A DNA stretch of 53,654 bases from Muribaculaceae bacterium (GTDB lineage Bacteria > Bacteroidota > Bacteroidia > Bacteroidales > Muribaculaceae), in contig JBJFEF010000310.1 in assembly GCA_051890435.1 (NCBI GenBank), forward strand, positions 1 to 53,654, read 5' to 3'. The notes under the pieces were generated by a model that worked only from the letters and a program-made list of their open reading frames with translations, had not been told where the DNA came from and ran no database searches. Of this stretch, positions 35,706-42,158 are shown one piece after another. The first letter of the stretch is position 1, and each line of letters starts with the position of its first letter. The position numbers and the translations under genes were made by a program.

Positions 35706-36959
35706 ATGAAATCTGAAAGCATTGAACGCGCGTACGCCTACGCAAAAGAACGTTTTGCAGCAGTCGGTGTCGATACCGATGCTGCCATCGCAAAAATGAA
35801 TGACATCCACTTGTCGCTCCACTGCTGGCAAGCCGACGATGTGGCTGGCTTTGAGAACTCAAGCAGCCTCTCGGGAGGTATCCAAGCCACAGGCAATTAT
35901 CCCGGCAAGGCCCGCAACATCGACGAGCTCCGTGCCGATATCGCCAAGGTGAAATCACTCCTCCCGGGTACTCACCGCCTCAACCTCCACGAAATCTACG
36001 GCGACTTCGGCAGCGAAAAGGTTGATCGCGACCAGGTGGAGCCGCGCCACTTCGAGAGCTGGATACAGTGGGCGCAGGAAAACGGTATGAAGCTCGACTT
36101 CAACAGCACTTCCTTCTCTCACCCCAAGAGCGGCTCGCTCTCGCTCTCAAATCCCGACAAGGGAATACGCGACTTCTGGATTGAGCATACTAAGCGTTGC
36201 CGTGCCGTGGCTGAGGAGATGGGCAAGCGCCAGGGCGACCCCTGTATCATGAACCTCTGGATTCACGACGGAAGCAAGGACATCACCGTCAACCGTATGC
36301 TCTACCGTAGCCTGCTCAAAGACTCGCTCGATGAGATTTTCACGCAGAAATACGACAACATGAAGGACTGCCTCGAATCGAAGGTGTTCGGTATCGGTCT
36401 GGAAAGCTACACTGTTGGTTCATGCGACTTCTACACTGCCTACGCTGCACAACACAATAAGATTGTTACTCTCGACACAGGTCACTTCCATCCCACTGAG
36501 AGCGTTGCCGACAAGGTTTCGTCTTTGCTCCTCTTCGTGCCCGAACTGATGCTCCACGTGAGCCGCCCCGTGCGCTGGGACAGCGACCATGTGACCATCA
36601 TGAACGACGACACTATCGACCTCTGCCGCGAGATTGTGCGCTGCAACGCCATCGACCGCGTGCACATCGGTCTCGACTACTTCGATGCCAGCATCAACCG
36701 CATCGGTGCCTACATCATCGGTGCCCGCGCCACTCAAAAGTGCGTGCTTCTTGCCTTGCTTGAGCCGATTGATGCTCTCCGCAAGTTTGAGGCTGCCGAC
36801 AAGGGCTTCGAGCGCCTTGCAATGCTCGAAGAGCTGAAGTCGATGCCGTGGGGTGCAGTGTGGGATATGTATTGCCTGCGCAGCGGTGTGCCCGTAGGAG
36901 AAGACTACATCGCCGACATAGAGCGCTATGAGGCTGAAATCACTTCAAAACGCAAATAG
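35706..36959 (+). CDS. rhaA: L-rhamnose isomerase
   Basis: IERAYAYAKERFAAVGVDTDAAIAKMNDIHLSLHCWQADDVAGFEN parallels E. coli RhaA ([23 protein letters not shown]...VSMHCWQGDDVSGFEN). The length is 417 aa. Confidence 0.95.
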   Translation: MKSESIERAYAYAKERFAAVGVDTDAAIAKMNDIHLSLHCWQADDVAGFENSSSLSGGIQATGNYPGKARNIDELRADIAKVKSLLPGTHRLNLHEIYGDFGSEKVDRDQVEPRHFESWIQWAQENGMKLDFNSTSFSHPKSGSLSLSNPDKGIRDFWIEHTKRCRAVAEEMGKRQGDPCIMNLWIHDGSKDITVNRMLYRSLLKDSLDEIFTQKYDNMKDCLESKVFGIGLESYTVGSCDFYTAYAAQHNKIVTLDTGHFHPTESVADKVSSLLLFVPELMLHVSRPVRWDSDHVTIMNDDTIDLCREIVRCNAIDRVHIGLDYFDASINRIGAYIIGARATQKCVLLALLEPIDALRKFEAADKGFERLAMLEELKSMPWGAVWDMYCLRSGVPVGEDYIADIERYEAEITSKRK

Positions 36960-36974
36960 TATGAATCTCGTGTG

Positions 36975-37032
36975 TGTGGCGTGCAAGCAGGCTTTTGAGC
37001 CTGTAATTTCATGCCCTTGCTTGCACGCCACA
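36975..37032 (+). other. Intra-operon RNA stem-loop between rhaA and rhaT (15-bp perfect stem)
   Basis: TGTGGCGTGCAAGCA (36975-36989) pairs perfectly with TGCTTGCACGCCACA (37018-37032) across a 28-nt loop. The loop holds a competing small hairpin, CAGGC-TTTTGA-GCCTG. There is no adjacent U-tract; the nearest T-run starts about 20 nt downstream. Confidence 0.6.
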
Positions 37033-37059
37033 TCATGAATAACATCTCTTAATTTTTTT

Positions 37060-38055
37060 ATGGAAATACTGTTCGGACTATTGATAATCGCCATCGGCAG
37101 CTTCTGCCAGTCGAGTTCCTATGTGCCCATCCGCAAGGTGAAGCAGTGGAGCTGGGAGAGCTTCTGGCTCGTCCAGGGCATCTTCGCATGGATTGTGTTC
37201 CCCATCATCGGCGCCATGCTTGCCGTGCCCGAGGGTGAATCGATATTGGCTCTGCTCGCCGCTCATCCCGGCGATGCTGCAATGACTGCACTCTTCGGTG
37301 TGCTCTGGGGCATCGGCGGCCTCACTTTCGGCCTCTCGATGCGCTACCTTGGCGTGGCTCTCGGCCAGAGCATCTCGCTCGGCACCTGTGCCGCACTGGG
37401 TACTATTCTCGGACCGGTGCTCACGGGCAACACCGCATCTCTCACCTCCCCGGTGCTTATCGGCGTGGCTGTCACGCTCGTTGGCATCTCAGTGATTGGA
37501 GCTGCCGGCTCAATGCGCCAAAAGGGCGCCAAGGGTGAAGAAAAACAGCAGTTCAACTTCACCAAAGGCATCACCGTGGCAATTATGGCAGGTCTCATGA
37601 GCGCTTGCTTCAACATCGGTCTTGAGTTTGGTGCTCCGTTGCACTTCGACTCCACTCCCGAAATCTTTAGCTCGCTCATCGCCACAATGCTCGTGACAAT
37701 GGGTGGATTCGTCTCCAATGCTGCCTATTGCCTCTATCAGAATAGCAAAAACCGCACTTGGAGCGACTACTCCCGCCCCGACAACCGCCTCGGCAATATC
37801 CTCTTCTGCGCCCTCGCCGGTGTGCTCTGGTACAGCCAGTTCTTCGGACTGAGCCTCGGCAAAGGCTTCCTTGCAGGTTCTGCCACGCTCATCACATTCT
37901 CGTGGTGCATACTAATGGCTCTCAACGTAACGTTCTCTAATGTGTGGGGAATAATCCTAAAGGAGTGGAAAGGCTGCAACCGTGCCACAATAGCAGTGCT
38001 CGTGGCAGGACTGGCAGTGCTCATCCTATCCTCGTTCCTCCCTCAATTACTCTAA
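37060..38055 (+). CDS. rhaT: L-rhamnose/H+ symporter
   Basis: It is a 331-aa polytopic membrane protein. The N-terminus ...SFCQSSSYVPIRKVKQWSWESFWLVQGIFAWIVFP parallels E. coli RhaT (...[31 protein letters not shown]). Confidence 0.9.
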   Translation: MEILFGLLIIAIGSFCQSSSYVPIRKVKQWSWESFWLVQGIFAWIVFPIIGAMLAVPEGESILALLAAHPGDAAMTALFGVLWGIGGLTFGLSMRYLGVALGQSISLGTCAALGTILGPVLTGNTASLTSPVLIGVAVTLVGISVIGAAGSMRQKGAKGEEKQQFNFTKGITVAIMAGLMSACFNIGLEFGAPLHFDSTPEIFSSLIATMLVTMGGFVSNAAYCLYQNSKNRTWSDYSRPDNRLGNILFCALAGVLWYSQFFGLSLGKGFLAGSATLITFSWCILMALNVTFSNVWGIILKEWKGCNRATIAVLVAGLAVLILSSFLPQLL

Positions 38056-38077
38056 CAATTAATAATCGGAAAAGATA

Positions 38078-38890
38078 ATGAAATCGTGTTTAGACAATAA
38101 TCCCGCCCTCGCCCACGAAGTGTGGCAGGTTGCCGAAGTTGCCGGCTACTTGTGGCAGAAAGGCTGGGCTGAGCGCAACGGCGGCAACATCACCGTCAAT
38201 GTCACAGCTCAGATCGACAACGCTCTGCGCAACGCCCCGGCAATCGGTGAGCCGAAAGCCATCGGCGTGACGCTGCCGCACCTAAAGGGGCAGTTCTTCT
38301 ACTGCAAGGGCACAAATCGCCGCATGCGCGACCTTGCCCGTAACCCCATGGACAACGGCTCTATCATACGTATCACCGACGACTGCGCACACTACGAGAT
38401 CATCGCCGACAGCGAAGTGATGCCTACCTCCGAACTTCCGTCGCACCTCTCGGTGCACAACTATCTAATCGCCAAAGGCTCCTCCTACAAGGCTTCGGTG
38501 CACACACACCCCATCGAGCTGGTTGCACTCTCGCATTGCGACCGCTTCCTCAAGAAGGACGTGCTCACCAACCTCCTGTGGAGCATGATACCCGAAACCA
38601 AGGCTTTCTGCCCGCGCGGACTCGGAATTGTGCCCTACATGCTGCCCGGTTCGGTTGAGCTTGCCGACGCCACAATCCGCGCTATCGACGATGACTACGA
38701 CGTGGTGATGTGGGAGAAACACGGAGTGTTTGCCGTGGGCGAAAACGTGATGGAAGCTTTCGACATGATCGACACCCTCACCAAGAGTGCCATCATCTAC
38801 CGCGACTCCCGCTCAATGGGATTCGAGCCAAAAGGCATGTCACAAGCCCAGATGCAGGAAATCTCCACCGTCTTCCACCTCCCCAAGTAG
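38078..38890 (+). CDS. rhaD: Rhamnulose-1-phosphate aldolase
   Basis: It is a 270-aa class II aldolase. LWQKGWAERNGGNITVNV parallels E. coli RhaD (WLKGWDERNGGNLTLRL), and it has His-rich metal-site segments (SVHTHPIELVAL). Confidence 0.9.
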   Translation: MKSCLDNNPALAHEVWQVAEVAGYLWQKGWAERNGGNITVNVTAQIDNALRNAPAIGEPKAIGVTLPHLKGQFFYCKGTNRRMRDLARNPMDNGSIIRITDDCAHYEIIADSEVMPTSELPSHLSVHNYLIAKGSSYKASVHTHPIELVALSHCDRFLKKDVLTNLLWSMIPETKAFCPRGLGIVPYMLPGSVELADATIRAIDDDYDVVMWEKHGVFAVGENVMEAFDMIDTLTKSAIIYRDSRSMGFEPKGMSQAQMQEISTVFHLPK

Positions 38891-38920
38891 CATAGGGAAA
38901 TAATCAACCACATAGATAAA

Positions 38921-38960
38921 ATGAGTGCAGCCAAAACAGATGGCTGCACTCATTTTTATT
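38921..38960. terminator. Bidirectional rho-independent terminator between rhaD and the convergent GH78 gene
   Basis: A 12-bp stem (ATGAGTGCAGCC at 38921-38932, GGCTGCACTCAT at 38942-38953) is flanked by an upstream AAA and a downstream TTTTATT, so it is usable on both strands. Confidence 0.75.
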
Positions 38961-38984
38961 GCACATTATTGGCAAAATCTATTG

Positions 38985-41795
38985 TTAAAGTGTGGTGCTG
39001 AAGGTATAACGCCCGGCTCCAATATGGTGCAGCTCACTGCCGCTGTGCGATGGCATCACCACGGTGCACCGCGTGTTGGCGGGCACCGTCACTTTCAGTG
39101 TGAAACGGTCTCCTTTGCGCTCCCATTCGCTCTCAATCCTGCCATACATTGAGTCGTGATGCGCTTTCACCCATGTGAGATGCTCTACTGCTGTAGGCGC
39201 CACCGTGAACGATGCAAATCCCGGCTCATCAGCACGTATTCCGGCAAGAAACTTATAGTAATAGGCACTGATAAGGGCAAACGGCAGATGATTGCGCGAT
39301 GCCCGTCCGTCCCAGTTCTCCCACATTGTGGTGGAATTATTGCTGAGCATATAGGTAAATCCGGGATATTCGGGCTGTGTAGCCACTTTGAAGGCTGTTT
39401 CGGGGTCGTGCAGCGGCAGATAGTTCATTATTGCCGGAGTCCCGAGAAATCCGGTTCCTATGCGGTAGTTATGGGCTTTCAGGTCACTAACAAGACGGCT
39501 TTGCACTCGCTCTCTGCACGCCTCAGGCACGAGGCCATATTCAAGGGCTACGGCAGCCGGTGCCTGGCGGTAGCTCTCAGTGGTTATCGTGCCGTGATAT
39601 GATGCCGAGGGCAAATCAAAAAACTCACGGTTAAACCCTTCGGTAAACGTTTTTGCGCAGCTCAGCAGACTGTCGGCAACGGCAATATTGCCGGTCAGCT
39701 GTGCCAATTGCGCTGTAGCTGTGAGGCAGTAGGCATGCGCTGCCGTGCTATAGAAAGCTGTTCCCTCTGGTGGTGCCATAGTGAAGCCGGGCTTGTCGTA
39801 GGTGGGCGATACCCAGTCGCCAAGCACATCATTTATTATCCTTTGGTTCCCATTATATGTGCGTTGCGAGCTGTTTCGGAGGAATCGCTTCATGCAATCC
39901 AGATACTCCCGGGCAGGGCGTAATTCGGCATAATGTCGGTAGAGGTCGCTCGCCACTCGCATCAATGCCGACGGCCATGTGGTTGAGCTGTTGATGTCGT
40001 AGTTGGTGCTTGGAGCTACGGTAGGCAAAGAGCCGTCGGGGCTTTCCGAATCGGCAAGACACCGCAGCCAATTGCGATAGAAATTTGCCATGTCGAAGTT
40101 ATACATTGCAGCATCGGCAGCAATAAAGGCATCGGCTGTCCAGCCTTGTTTCTCGCGGTGCGGGCAATCGGTGGGTATGCTCATATAGTTGCTTAGCATC
40201 GAGTTGATGCTATTTTGCTGCAACCGGTTGATTGACTCATCGCTGCACTCAAATGAGCCTGCGCTCTGCAAATCGGTGTGTACGGGAATACTCTCCACGC
40301 CGAGCACTTTCACTCCATCATCGGCAGTGATGCGCACATATTGGAATCCCTTGTAGGAAAAATGGCACTCAAATGTCTCGCCTTTGGCATCTCCCTTGAG
40401 AATATATCCGTTCTGCTGTCGCACACGCACTTCACTGTCATAAAAAGTAGCATATTCCGCCACGCTCATCGTGGCAGTGCGCCTATAGTCGGGTAACCAA
40501 GGCACCAACAGCGTATCGTTCACCACCTCGCAATATTCCACCATCACGCGCTGTCCTTGCTTTCCGGCAACCTTCACACGCGCCCATCCGGCAAGGTTCT
40601 TTCCCATGTCATACACCGTTTCCGTTGCGCTGCGGCTGATGGTCTGCACCGGCTTCTGTCCGGCAAATCGCCTTATCGGCGGCTGATTCTGATACTTCAG
40701 CGTTGCGTTCCACTCCACTTCCACGGCAGGCACCCAAGCCGAGTCGTCGAAGTGGGCACTGCTCCATCCTTCACGTTCAAGCCGTGCATCATATATTTCG
40801 CCTAATCGGGTATCGTCATACACAAAAGGACCTCCTGCAGTGCGCCAAGTGTTATCGGTGCCTACCACGCTCACTGTGCCATCGGCATATTCAATGCGAA
40901 GAAGTGCCAATGCCTTGGGCTGTCCCACCCATTCACTCTTGTTCAGGTTCCAGATGTCGTTGCTTAGTGGATTATACTGCCCGCGGCCTATCATCAATCC
41001 TATGGCGTTGCTGCCCGACTTCAGCATTGGCAGCACATCGTGCACCACATAGGCTGTGTGCTTATTGTAGTAGGTCCACCCCGGGTCGAGCACATGGTCG
41101 CCCACGCGCTGCCCATTGATATACGCCTCGTAGTAGCCCAGACCTGTAACGTAGAGCATAGCTCTCAAAGGCTTTGATTTCACCGCAAATGTTTTTCGCA
41201 TTAGCGGCGAGGGTTCGTAGGCAGGCTCAGTCATCTCAGCAATGTCCCATATTGTCATGTTCATGCCATTATAGAGAGGCCAATCGAGCTTCTCATGGTC
41301 TTTTTCCCACGCTTTGCGCTGCTGCCACTCCTTGTGCCACAGCGAATCGGGCTTCACCGAAATCCATCGGGCAGGACTCCAGGCGGCAGCATCAAGTGCG
41401 CCCATCGCCCACTGTGCCGTCGTGCTCCACCGTGTCACCTTTCCTTTCTCGTCCCAAATGCGTACCTTCCAATAGCAACGGCTAAACGATTGCAGCTCCT
41501 TGCCTCCATACGTCACCATTATTTCCTTTCCGTCACGGCGTCCGCTGTCCCATAGGTCGGGACTATCAGCATCGAGCAATTCCTTGCTGCTCGCCACCAT
41601 CACCTGCCAAGCTCTTTGCGAAGCATCGCGTGCGCTACTCTTCATTTGCCAACTCAATAATGGTTGTGGGCAGTCGATGCCCAACGGCGTTGTGGCATAC
41701 TCGCAACGAAGATTTTCAACAACTGCAGCACGCATCACCACCGCCATCAAGCTTGCCACTAACACAAAAACTATCTTCTTCATAACAATTATCAT
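38985..41795 (-). CDS. GH78 alpha-L-rhamnosidase (936 aa)
   Basis: There is a signal peptide. The GH78 signature is FECSDESINRLQQNS...IPTDCPHREKQGWTADA (D-C-P-x-R-E-x-x-G-W-T pattern). The multi-domain size is typical. An alternative ATG sits at 41783. Confidence 0.85.
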   Translation of the reverse strand: MIIVMKKIVFVLVASLMAVVMRAAVVENLRCEYATTPLGIDCPQPLLSWQMKSSARDASQRAWQVMVASSKELLDADSPDLWDSGRRDGKEIMVTYGGKELQSFSRCYWKVRIWDEKGKVTRWSTTAQWAMGALDAAAWSPARWISVKPDSLWHKEWQQRKAWEKDHEKLDWPLYNGMNMTIWDIAEMTEPAYEPSPLMRKTFAVKSKPLRAMLYVTGLGYYEAYINGQRVGDHVLDPGWTYYNKHTAYVVHDVLPMLKSGSNAIGLMIGRGQYNPLSNDIWNLNKSEWVGQPKALALLRIEYADGTVSVVGTDNTWRTAGGPFVYDDTRLGEIYDARLEREGWSSAHFDDSAWVPAVEVEWNATLKYQNQPPIRRFAGQKPVQTISRSATETVYDMGKNLAGWARVKVAGKQGQRVMVEYCEVVNDTLLVPWLPDYRRTATMSVAEYATFYDSEVRVRQQNGYILKGDAKGETFECHFSYKGFQYVRITADDGVKVLGVESIPVHTDLQSAGSFECSDESINRLQQNSINSMLSNYMSIPTDCPHREKQGWTADAFIAADAAMYNFDMANFYRNWLRCLADSESPDGSLPTVAPSTNYDINSSTTWPSALMRVASDLYRHYAELRPAREYLDCMKRFLRNSSQRTYNGNQRIINDVLGDWVSPTYDKPGFTMAPPEGTAFYSTAAHAYCLTATAQLAQLTGNIAVADSLLSCAKTFTEGFNREFFDLPSASYHGTITTESYRQAPAAVALEYGLVPEACRERVQSRLVSDLKAHNYRIGTGFLGTPAIMNYLPLHDPETAFKVATQPEYPGFTYMLSNNSTTMWENWDGRASRNHLPFALISAYYYKFLAGIRADEPGFASFTVAPTAVEHLTWVKAHHDSMYGRIESEWERKGDRFTLKVTVPANTRCTVVMPSHSGSELHHIGAGRYTFSTTL

Positions 41796-41847
41796 CTACA
41801 TCGTTTATAATTAGCATTAAAAAGTTCACCTCAAAAAAATCACATAA

Positions 41848-41855
41848 CAAAGATA
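41848..41855 (-). promoter_or_regulatory. Candidate -7 box (TAnnTTTG) for the GH78 gene
   Basis: The minus strand reads TATCTTTG, 53 nt upstream of the ATG at 41795. This is a motif match only. Confidence 0.3.
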
Positions 41856-42158
41856 AGTGAATGAAACGGCATCATCGTCACATATTTGTTCACATAATTG
41901 TCGAAATTGTTCCAAATCACCCAAATTCCCACCCCCACCCAAGAGTCAGCATCACCCCACCCAAGCCTGAATCACGATTTCTATCGACAGCTGAGACTGA
42001 TGTGAAAGATTGAGGATTGGGCAAACGTAACATATCGCTTCACTAATATAAATTATCGCTTGAATAGTATAAGTTTTGTCTGAATCTGCATAATTGTGGC
42101 TTCTGTGTTATTGTGGGATTATTTCATAATGATTATTTTTGAAAAAATTTCTTTAACT

